Source: Eledone cirrhosa (taxonomy: Eukaryota). Taken from it: a stretch of DNA of 64,000 nt. The notes below the pieces were generated by a model. The model worked only from the letters and a program-made list of their open reading frames with translations. It did not search any database and was not told the origin of the DNA. Shown one piece after another: positions 51,134 through 64,000 of the stretch. The stretch spans positions 374,232,001 through 374,296,000 of the forward strand of contig OZ024742.1 of NCBI GenBank assembly GCA_964016885.1, written 5' to 3'. Position numbers and translations under genes: made by a program. Position 1 is the stretch's first letter; each line of letters opens with the position of its first letter.

Positions 51134-51887
51134 TCGTAAGCACAAGGAGGCCTACAATGGGCGGCTTTTTTTACCATATCCGTCATGGTAATAACAATAT
51201 GGTGTTTCTGGTGTGTTGGAAGGGCTACGGTGGCGAGGAGTTGAATAACGTCGTGAGCGGCTCCTCTGCCGTCCAAAAGACCTGAATTCCTGGCACAACT
51301 CCGCCATTTGACGAGTCATGGCTTCCATTGTGGTGATTAATTTGTCATCAGACGCTGATGAGCGTGATTGAGGAAGAGAAGAGGAAGCAACGTACTTTGG
51401 CTTCGAAGTGTCTCTCTTCGTCACTTCTACAATTTTGTCGGCAGAGACAGCAATGTGATCCAGGGTATTCACCTCTAGCATATGGGCTAGGATCGCCTGT
51501 ACTTCTTGAGGTAGGCGAGAGAAGAACAATTGCTTCAGGAAAGGGCTATCCTGATCTTGGGAATCGCTCAAATCCCGCGAATGCCGGAGAAAAGCGGTAG
51601 GGGTCCTGTCACCTAATCGTTCGTCCTCGATCAATGACCGAAAACGACTCTCTACCGACTTACAATTCCTCCTCAAAATCTCGCCCTTCAAAGACTCATA
51701 CGTTAAGTCAGAGGGGGGGGTCTGTAATTAGGTCTTGGACCGAATCTGCTAGATTAGGGGGAAGTCCGCTAATCAGTACAGCGAGGCGCTGGTCAGATTC
51801 GGTCTTACAGACCGTAAAATACGCCTGTAACTGGGCAAACCACATCTTAGGTTTTCCAGTAAAGGCGGGCAAATGTGGCACATTCAT
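51109..51887 (-). pseudogene. gag: Gypsy gag, frameshifted
   Basis: MNVPHLPAFTGKPKMWFAQLQAYF...LGDRTPT...CYYHDGYG; breaks fall at or near homopolymer runs. Confidence 0.8.
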
Positions 51888-53574
51888 GTTAACGTTTAAA
51901 ATTAAAAAAATATATACATATATATCTAAACAGCAATTACTGTACCCTTGTACAGTGAAAAGAGAACAGCCAAAATTGAGAAAAAGTTAAAGGTCAAAAA
52001 GAAACAGACATTCAAAACAGGAAATATGAAAAATACATAAAATACATATATATATCTTTTAAAAAAAAATGTTCCTTCAACGTCTGTCCCCTCGTGTTGC
52101 TTCAACGAACCAGCCAAATCAAATAAGGTAAAAAAGAGGAGAAAAAAAAAAATTTTTGTTTTAGAATATATCCACATTGGATATCAACAAAGGTAGCCAG
52201 TGGCTAAAAATCCCTTAGAAAAAGGTAAGGCATGTATATCCCCATGCGGGGCAGTAATGTTCACAAAAAAAAAGTTTCTTCTCTTCTCTCTTGATCAGTC
52301 ATGGAACACACACGCAATTCAAAAAATGTCCCCGTCGGAAAATTACAAAACGGGGAAGGAACGCAACGCCACCTTGGAAAAATTCTCTCTTTTTTTTTTT
52401 TTTTTTTTTCTTGTAAGTTGCGAAAAGGTTGGCAACGGCAGTGAAATATTCAAGTGAATAAAAAGGGTTGCTTTAAATTATTTACACGAATGAATCGTTT
52501 TTAAATTTTTTTGAAATTTCCGATGTGTGGTGGTAAAGCTATGAAGCTGCCACTCACTATTCCCTGTTTTGGTCAGTGGTTAAACAATGTTGTCGCTGCT
52601 GCTGCTGTCGTTGTTGTTGTGGAGTGTAGCGAAAAGTTTTTGAAATACTGCTAATTTTTCAAAAAAAAACTTTGAAAGGAATATATTGTATCTTCGCAAG
52701 TTGCGAAAAGGCCGGCAACGTGGCAATAAAAGATCAACTGAATGAAAAAGAAGGGCTGCGTTAAATTCTTACGTCGGTCACCACTTTAGCAGTATGGTTT
52801 ATAGATATTATTGAGAAACGAGTGGCATAATAATGATTTCAACAGCAGAAATTAGAGATGAAATATATGTTTATTTTTGATGTAGCACAAACAATGATTT
52901 GGTACAGAGGCTGGTTTCTGGCGTGTGATCAGTCGGCTTTCCAGTGGCTGTCTGTTTTTTTTTCTAGCGTTCTCAACAAGCGTTGTTCTATCAAGAGGCG
53001 TGAGGCGTCTTACTACAGACGTCTATCAGCGAGTCGAGATTCGCGCTCAGCAGGTGTTTCCTAGAGAAAATTAATTAATTCTACTGGTTAGCTAAGCCAA
53101 TGGCAGTGTCAATAGTAAATGAGAAAAGTCTAACATGAACAAAAGGGAATCAAGGTAAGACAATAAATTTAATATAACTACGATTAGAATGTTGTAGTTG
53201 CTTAAAAGTGGTGACAGTTAGGATAAACGCAGTACTTGCTAACATTAAGGGAGAATATTGTGGTTAGAAAAAGCTATCTCACTTACCGCTTTTCATAGGC
53301 GCCGCTAAACTCCACTGCAGGTTACTCCTCTTCCACGTGCGTCCAACTGCTTAACACCGGGAGCTGCTCCAAACTTGCGTCCATACCGTTTGCTGGTCAC
53401 CACTAGAGAGAGGTCCTCTGCTGGCCCTTCCGGTCGAGCATCCTTCCGGCCAAACCCCCTATCGGTCGAGCACTCCCCCGCCTCCGGCCACCGCACGCCA
53501 CACACCCTTCCGGTTGAGCACTCCCCCGCCTCCGGCCACCGCACGCCACACCATACCCACACGCCCCCCTGATC

Positions 53575-56455
53575 TCAAGGATCAATTTCCCCCTCGTCCC
53601 TCTGCATATGAAAGTCTGCTGTCCAGCTTGGTGGTCTACGACCTCGTTGCGATCTTCGTAGTATTGGGGCAGAGCTCTGGGTTTCCACCTCATCTTGGGT
53701 TTCCTCTTCCTCGGAGTCCGTCGACACAGTGATTCTTCTTACGTCCAGGACATGACGTGGCACCCCGTCCACGGACACATTGTTCTTTGAATTTACGGCC
53801 GTCACCGTTCCCCTTCCCCATTGAGATGTGCAACGTGCATCTGGGGGCTTAACCCAGACTTCTTCGCCCACCTGCACGAATGCACTCTCTCTCCCCACTG
53901 GCCGTTGTGGTGGCGTGCACGGGTGCCGCCACTCGTATTTGAATACTGCTCTGTGTGGCACTGATTCCTCGACCTGTCCAACCCGAGGGGACATATTGTA
54001 CCAGAACACTGCCTCCATTGGTGAGATATGGCCCCGCTCCGCCATTGCCTTGATCGTCCGGTGGTGTCGCTCCACGATTCCATTCCCGCTCGGCCTGTGC
54101 GCCGCTCTGAAGAAACGGTCCACCTTCCATCCATCGAGCATCTCCCTCAGTGCTTCCGAGCGGAGCGCTGTGCTGTTGTCCATCAGCAGTTCGTCCACAG
54201 GGCCCCGCTCCAAGAACACCTCTCTCAACGTCCGCACGATTTCCTCGGCCGTTCCAGTCCTCATCTCCCTCCATATCGCCATTCGACCTGGTCCACAGTC
54301 GACCATCGAGAGGTACGTTCCCTGTCGGTAGTGCGTCACATCCACCGCTAATCGCTTCCAGTCGCGATCCACCAGGAGGCTTCCCGTTTCGTGTACACCC
54401 GGGGCGGGATCAATGGACTGACATCGGACGCAGCCTCTAACCCCCCCCCCCCCGAACACTGTGTCTGCTAACGTCCGAGTCGATTCTCCTGGCTAGGAAC
54501 AGGCTCCTATCCACCCCCATGTGGTGCATGTCATGCAACTCCTTCAGGTCTGACTCGGTCAGCCGACACACGGCAGCTATCTCATCCTCTACCTCCTCCG
54601 GCGCTTCCATCCAGGCTTTCTTCACTCTAGTTAAGATGTCCGCCCTATTTTTCTCTGAGGGCACGAACACTACGCTCAGCCTCAGGTCGAACTCGGTGGC
54701 CAGCTCTCCTAAAGTTCCCAGGCGGCGCTTTATCAGCATCTCCGCCGCCCCTCTCGTTCGCACTCTCTTCTCACTGGTGAGCACTGATCTTACCCATCCG
54801 AGTACAGTAGCCGAGTCGGTGCGTATCTCGATGGTGCGCAGTCCCCACTTCAGGGCGAGGTTCACCCCTCTCAACACTGCGTCCAGTTCGGCCACATTGA
54901 TGTGGTTGCAGTCGTCCTTCTTCCTAAGCCAGGCTGCATCCTCGACCTCAACACCTCCTATCTCCAACGTGACACCCAGCGCTATGCTGCTGGCATCGCA
55001 CCATACGGTCCCGCTCTGTGATTTGGGAACATACCAGCGTCCCCGCACTGGGTCGTCGGCCTTCACCCTCCCCACGATCTCCTGCATCATGGCCACCGTC
55101 CTCTCTCCCACTCTGTCACTCCAAGTCACTCCTCCCGCTCGTCTCTTGACATAGCTGCATGCCGTCCGGAGCCACCCAGCGATCGGGTAGTGACCCACCA
55201 ACTTTCCACACACCGAGAAAAGCTCCCGGCTACTCATACTTGGGCCCAGTTCTGGAACTTCATTTCCCCTCTGGAATACCAAGACGCCCGTCCTGTCTCG
55301 CCGTAGCCTAAGTCCCAGCGCGGCTCCTCCCTCCAACGCTTCTGATGGCTTCGCAGCCAGTCCATACCCCTGTAAATGGCTCGTGACCTCTGCCGCCAAC
55401 ACCACAGACTCGTCCACTAGGATGTCGTCAATATAGGAGTTAGTGGCCCTCTTCATCTTGTCGGCCTTTCCCAGAATGGTCTTAAGGACCGCCGCCATGA
55501 TCTTCGGTGCGGAGCTCAGCCAGAAACCGAGCCTGGTCAGGCAATATGTCCGGCCATTATACCTGACCAGCTGATACTGCCAGAGCTTCGCGTCTATATG
55601 CAATTGCAAGTATGCCGACTTTAGATCTACGATTGCTGAACCCCCCGTCATGCATCTCCACTCACGTAGGGTTTCCCCACAGACATCCGTGACCTCGCCA
55701 CCCGTGTGGCATGACACGTGCTCGTTCAGCTCCCGAAAGTCCAGCACCGGCCTCACCTTGTTCTTCGTGGGTTGCGCCACCGCCATTAACGGCAATACTC
55801 CGCACTTCACCTCCTCTTTCCAGGGAAGCAGTATGCCCTCCTCAATCCATCTCTCTACCTCTCGCTCGAACTCGCTCCTAATGTTTCCCTTCAATGTGTG
55901 TTGATAGCAGCCCACTTTGGTCTTCAGTGTTGGTGGTTCTCCCTTCCAGTACCACTCAACAACCCATCGCTGCCCATCGAACATGGCCTTGAAGTCTTTG
56001 TCCTTCACAGTGTAAGCGGGGTTTTCCTCCTCGTGGGCCTTCTGGTTCTCATGACGTGCACTCACAGCGCATACCGATGCAGCGGCGCCAAACGACACAC
56101 CAACATTGTTCACCGTGACGCCCCCTTGACGGCCAATCGCGTCCACGCCCATAACCACGCCGATCCCATCCACCACACTGTCTACCACGATGGCGGAAAG
56201 CCTTATCCTCCTTCCCCGTACCGCTATTTCCATCTCGCTGCGACCTCGGCATTCAATTTTCCTGCCGTCGACTGCCCTTACGCTGCTCTTCCCTCCCCAC
56301 CTCTGCGCCACCCCCGCGGTCACCAGTGTCGTCGTGCAGCCCGTGTCCACGAGGGCTCGCTGTGGCATCCCCCTCACGAAGACTTCCACCACGGGCAGCG
56401 CCGCTACTCGTAAGGGGAAACTACCGGCGCAGTAGTTCCCCTTGGATCGTTTCCC
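53575..56455 (-). CDS. pol: Pol (PR-RT-RNase H-integrase), -1 frame relative to gag; one break at the poly-C 54461-54473
   Basis: ALVDTG, VDLKSAY, YIDD, WCDAS/HINVAEL/TDS/NRAD, HDMHH..CVRC, VDVTH/MDNS/IVER. Confidence 0.9.
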
Positions 56456-57165
56456 TGGTCGCAGTTAGTAGCGATGTGGCCTGGTCACTTACACCGGTAG
56501 CAAATTATCTCCGGCTTCGACTCTCTACAGTCTCTAGCCATGTGCGGGCCCTGGCACCGAAAACAGTGCCCTCTAAACGCACGCGGGCGGCCGCGTGCCG
56601 AGATTGCCTCCCTTTCACCCTTTCGCTGCCAGGTGTCCTGAGCCTCCGTAGTTGCTATCGCCGCAACACTCTTTTTGGCATCTTCCGCTATGATCCGGGC
56701 TTGTTCCACCAGTGAACGCATTTCCATCTCTTTATAACCCGGGACTTGCTGCAGTTTCACCGCTATGTCGTCCGGAAATCCATTGATGAACGCCAACCGC
56801 ACCGTGCGTTCGCATTCCACCTGGTAACCGGCCAACATGGCCAACCGCCGTATTTCCGCTGCGAAAATGTCGACGCGCTCACCATTCCACCTGATTCTCG
56901 CCAGCTTAGCAAAAGCCGCCAACGGTCCCTCGGCGAATGCATCCATCAGACGCCTCTCAATCTTCTGCGCATCTCTTTGGCTGTGCTCGTCCAACTCAAG
57001 GAAGAGTACCAACGCATCGCCCTCGAGGTACAGTGCCATGAGGCCGGCCACGTCCTCTATCTTCTGCAAGCTTGCGACCAGCCGAACCTTCCGCAGCCAA
57101 GCGACAACATCACCTTCCCCGGTAAATGCCCTAATAGCTTCGTTCATCCATAGTCTTGTCGCCAT
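56404..57165 (-). CDS. gag: Gag with two zinc knuckles (premature TGA at 56485; CGA in copy B)
   Basis: CFRCQGPHMARDC and CYRCK(R)PGHIATNC. Confidence 0.85.
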
Positions 57166-57784
57166 CTTCTGATTTGTCTTGCGGCAAGTGGGTTTTTTTT
57201 GTTTTTTTTTGTTTTTTTCAGTCGCCGAAATAGCTTGTGGTTAGAAAAAGCTATCTCACTTACCGCTTTTCATAGGCGCCGCTAAACTCCACTGCAGGTT
57301 ACTCCTCTTCCACGTGCGTCCAACTGCTTAACACCGGGAGCTGCCCAAAACTCGCGTCCACACCGTTTGCTGGTCACCACTAGAGAGAGGCCCTCTGCTG
57401 GCCCTTCCGGTCGAGCATCCTTCCGGCCAAACCCCCTTCCGGTCGAGCACTCCCCCGCCTCCGGCCACCGCACGCCACACACCCTTCCGGTTGAGCACTC
57501 CCCCGCCTCCGGCCACCGCACGCCACACCATACCCACAAATATTGCATAAAGGATTAATCAATTGTGAATGAACTCATACTTGAGAACGCCTAATTCGTT
57601 GTCTCAAAGCAATAGATGTACCTTTTTTGGAGGTAAGTCTTGAACGTTTCCGTGTGGGCATAACGACGTGTAACGAAGCTGTTAGGTTAGAGAGAGGTGA
57701 TTAAATACAGAGAGAGATGACACCAGATTCGTTAGCATGGTTACTGGTGAATGGGAAGGTTTGGAAATATGATTACAATAACTT

Positions 57785-58041
57785 ACCGAATTTTCCGGTC
57801 TATAAATTGCACTTAAAATAATTAAATTTAATCAAAAAACAGCTCTGCGCTTTATACTCCGGTGAGCCTTATGTATAAATAATACAATGGTAATAAATCA
57901 CGGCTCTAACAGAAGTAATAGATCTAGACTAAAAGTAAAGAAGATAGCATTTTCTGGTTGGCCTTACACGCCGTTGCGCGGGCCTGATTTTAAATGATAC
58001 GCCTTATATCCTGGTGAGCCTTATAGAGCGGAAAATATCTA
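57785..58041. mobile_element. Tigger/pogo-like MITE
   Basis: TA-ccgaattttccggtctataa ... ttatagagcggaaaata imperfect TIRs. Confidence 0.6.
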
Positions 58042-59097
58042 TTGGAAAAGAATACGAATTCATGACCAAGGTGTGACAAAATAGGCGTCTATACAGCGCC
58101 TGAAACAAACTTGTCCAAAACCCTAGGATTTTTCTCGTTAAGTATCCACCCAAAAGGAACCGTTTTTTAGTTACAAAAAATAACCAAAGTGTATAGTAGC
58201 TATATTTCTGACATATCATGCCAAAAAGAACAATATATTCAAAAAATGTTCTAAAGTACATTCAATCTCTCTTTTTGACCGATATCTTAATAAGCAAGTT
58301 ATCGATTTTTTTTTGGCTGTCAGTGTCTATCTGCATGCAGGTGTGCACGCGTGCGCAATTAATTGCAAATACGCTCATAACATTTAGTCGTAAGCAGAAC
58401 AAAAAATGCCATTAGAAGTGGGCTAATAATGAAGACACAAACCCTGGTGAACTTACGTTTAAACACCCGAAAAGTTACTCACTTCCTGTGCAAAAGACTG
58501 TATTATAAATTAAGTAATTTTTTAGAATCTTTTGTTTAAAAAAGGAAAACATTGGTACGACGTAAATTTTTTTACTTGTATTGTATGTGTACAACACAAC
58601 CTGCTCAACGTATTATTTAGTAATTTTTATTTCAAAAAGCATGATTATTTAAGACTGTTTGAAAATTTACTCACAGCTTTTAGGTTCACAAAAGACACCA
58701 TTAAATTTGGTTCTCTTTTCAGATAGGGATAATACTATATTTCCACTTGAATAAGGTGGAATATGAAAAGAAACTCTTTAACGGTCGGTCGTTTACTGAG
58801 ACAGCTGGGAAGACATGCAGCTGGCCGTCCAATCAATAACGCACGTCCTTATATGGGCATATGAAATTTATTTTTATTGCGCCAGATGTAAACTAAGAGT
58901 TCTTGTGTTCGAATTCACATAAAATTTCATTGAAATCGAAAAACATTCTGTCATAGGGCCCGATTATCGATTTTTCGAAAATTTCAAGTAGCCTATTTCA
59001 CTCTACGCGTTGAGTTTTATATATGTGTGAGGTTTCATGAAAATTGGATGAACGGTGTAGCAGGCAAGTTCGGTACACTAAACAGTGTCCATCTTCT

Positions 59098-62067
<2,970 letters not shown>

Positions 62068-62089
62068 ATATGTATATATACATATATAC

Positions 62090-62120
<31 letters not shown>

Positions 62121-62161
62121 TACATATATATACATATATATATATACATATATATATATAC

Positions 62162-62281
<120 letters not shown>

Positions 62282-62300
62282 ATATATATATATATATATA

Positions 62301-64000
62301 CTAGCGGAGCTACCCGGCTTCGCTCAGTGTTAAAAAGCTTATTTAGAAAAGAATAATATTAACATTTTAATCGTTATTTAAAAACTTCTGTAATTTAGTT
62401 TCTATTTTTTAGATTTTAACATTTATCTTTAAATGACTGAATGACTGACGAATTTAAAGAAAATTCGTTATAAGAACATTTAATTTGTTTTACTGAAGTG
62501 CTTTTGGATACACAATGTTTTTTGTTTTTCCTTCTGGTGCGTACACGAATAAATCAGAAGGTTTACCGACGCGTGAGCAAGCCACATACAGCTGTCCATG
62601 TGAGAAGCATGGATTTTCTAAATTTAGTCCACACACTTGTAGCGATTGTCCTTGTGCTTTGTTGATAGTCATTGCAAAGGCGAGTCGCACCGGAAACTGC
62701 AAACGTTTGAAATCGAATGGCGTATCTGTTGGAATTATTGGGATGCGTGGCAAGAGTACATCTTCTCCTTTAAATTTTCCATTTAAAATTGTAGCCTCGA
62801 TGATATTGTTCATCGTCTTTTTCACTGAAAGTCTGGTACCGTTGCAAAGTTGTGGTGGATTGATGTTTCGGAGAAGGATGATAGGCACGCCAATTTTCAA
62901 TGTTAAAATGTGCGGTTGCATGCCTGGCAAATCAAGTGAATTCAAGAATTCAATTGGATAATTGATAATTTCGTCTTGATTCATTACAGTATCGATGGAC
63001 TTATACGTTGTCTCTTCGCCTGGTATTTCGTTTTGAATGCTGAAATTAATGGCATTGACATCGGTGTTTTTGGCTGCTAATATAGCACGTACACTGAGCC
63101 ACTGATGATTTTTGTAATGCTGCGCAATATTTGGGAACACTTTGTGAATCAGTTCGTCTCTGGTTGCCGTGATTCTACAGAAGTTTGTTGGCAATGTGAT
63201 ACATTTTGTGGAATCATCGATTACCATTTTCCCATTCCCAATATCCAGCAATTGTTTTGTGAAACGTTCAGCGGATGCGTCATTTTGTAGTTGTACACGC
63301 ATATTGTTTTGTAAAGTTAATTTCTGTACGTGTCGCCATAAAACTGATGATTTGAGACATGCATTAAGCTCATCAGCGGGTGTTGATCGCGGTATAACTG
63401 GTAGAGTTTGTCGAAAATCACCAGACAATAAAATGAGTGTGCCACCGAAGAGGTGTTCATTTCCTTTCAAATCTTTTAGCGTATTATTAAGCGCTTCCAA
63501 TGATTTTTTGTGCGCCATAGTACATTCGTCCCATATAATGATTTTACATGATTGGAGTACTTTACCTATACCAGAATGTTTGGTAATATTGCATGTTGAT
63601 GTCTCAGCGATTTGCATATTCAATGGCAATTTCAGGACTGAATGTGCTGTTCGGCCACCATCTAAAAGAGTTGCCGCAATTCCAGATGATGTGATTGCCA
63701 GTGCAATATTATTTTCTGATCGTATAGTTGCCAAAATAAGTGAAATGAGAAAAGTTTTGCCTGTACCACCTGGCGCATCTATAAAATACAATGTCCCGCT
63801 TTGACTTATAATTGCCTGCATAATTTGGTCATATACTATGCGTTGTTCTGGTAGCAATTTGGGAAGATTCGTTTGAACAAATGTACCCAATTCGGCGACA
63901 TCAAAGTTTGTTTCTCGTTGCAAATCACAATCGAAAATGTCGTTTACAGATCGATTCGGCGCAGGCATTCCCAATTGTACCAATGTTTTGTTAGCGATTG
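62301..64000 (-). mobile_element. Helitron (coding), 3' end; continues beyond the window
   Basis: Terminal GAGCGAAGCCGGGTAGCTCCG-CTAG|T abutting (TA)n, with the helicase ORF upstream. Confidence 0.92.
62490..63983 (-). CDS. PIF1-family helicase domain of Helitron RepHel (partial, 5' end outside the window)
   Basis: DAPGGTGKT, IIWDECTM, GDFRQTLPV, LLRNINPPQLCNGTR, QFPVRLAFAMTINKAQGQS, GQLYVACSRV. Confidence 0.95.
   Translation of the reverse strand: MVQLGMPAPNRSVNDIFDCDLQRETNFDVAELGTFVQTNLPKLLPEQRIVYDQIMQAIISQSGTLYFIDAPGGTGKTFLISLILATIRSENNIALAITSSGIAATLLDGGRTAHSVLKLPLNMQIAETSTCNITKHSGIGKVLQSCKIIIWDECTMAHKKSLEALNNTLKDLKGNEHLFGGTLILLSGDFRQTLPVIPRSTPADELNACLKSSVLWRHVQKLTLQNNMRVQLQNDASAERFTKQLLDIGNGKMVIDDSTKCITLPTNFCRITATRDELIHKVFPNIAQHYKNHQWLSVRAILAAKNTDVNAINFSIQNEIPGEETTYKSIDTVMNQDEIINYPIEFLNSLDLPGMQPHILTLKIGVPIILLRNINPPQLCNGTRLSVKKTMNNIIEATILNGKFKGEDVLLPRIPIIPTDTPFDFKRLQFPVRLAFAMTINKAQGQSLQVCGLNLENPCFSHGQLYVACSRVGKPSDLFVYAPEGKTKNIVYPKALQ

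Larger units (their letters stand above)
47495..53017 (-). mobile_element. Ty3/Gypsy LTR retrotransposon, CsRn1-like lineage (degenerate)
   Basis: LTRs 47495-47726 and 52785-53017. PBS TGGTGACCGACGT (tRNA-Trp-like), PPT GGCAGGGG. Gag with a CHCC motif (CYYH...C...C). Pol order PR (LVDTGA), RT (YIDD), RH (VDAS, RELLA, TDHKPL), IN (HIDIVG, TDRG, VER, GPY). Confidence 0.93.
53259..57538 (-). mobile_element. Compact 4.28-kb LTR retrotransposon, copy A (DIRS-like RT/RH plus DDE integrase)
   Basis: 303-bp LTRs 53259-53561 and 57236-57538 (TGTGG...CCACA), 5-bp TSD AATAT, PPT AGGGGGG at 53564-53570, with gag, pro, RT, RH and IN. Confidence 0.95.

Noticed and set aside
54461-54473. Programmed frameshift between RNase H and integrase
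   Set aside because: The break is in a 13-nt homopolymer inside the integrase zinc finger. More likely slippage or sequencing error.
57372-57380. TGGTGACC inside the LTR of the compact element as a tRNA-Trp PBS
   Set aside because: Only 8 nt and in mid-LTR, where it cannot define the LTR end. Likely chance.
62490-63983. Host PIF1 gene
   Set aside because: Intronless and followed within 190 bp by a Helitron hairpin-CTAG terminus.

Overview
Repeat-dominated animal genomic DNA. The SINE/RTE/Penelope repertoire and the long (TA)n runs suggest a cephalopod such as Octopus, but that is inference. One host gene can be assembled, which the ORF track misses: a 5-exon cytidine deaminase (CDA, + strand, about 7205-28587, about 146 aa). 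The rest is a 5 kb (GTR/TTA)n satellite, microsatellites, tRNA-derived SINEs, RTE and CR1 LINEs, two near full-length Tx1/L1-clade LINEs next to (AAT)n tracts, MITEs, a mariner relic, hammerhead-ribozyme motifs, a CsRn1-type Gypsy element and two Helitrons. There are also two copies of an unusual compact LTR retrotransposon. Its most striking feature is that it has no canonical TGG primer-binding site. Instead, the 12 nt abutting its 5' LTR are the exact complement of the 5' END (nt 1-12, GCCGAAATAGCT) of metazoan tRNA-Phe, which suggests priming by a short 5' tRNA fragment. It also pairs a DIRS-like RT/RNase H with a DDE integrase and carries a -1 frameshift pseudoknot. Family assignments come from motif recognition by eye; no database search was run.
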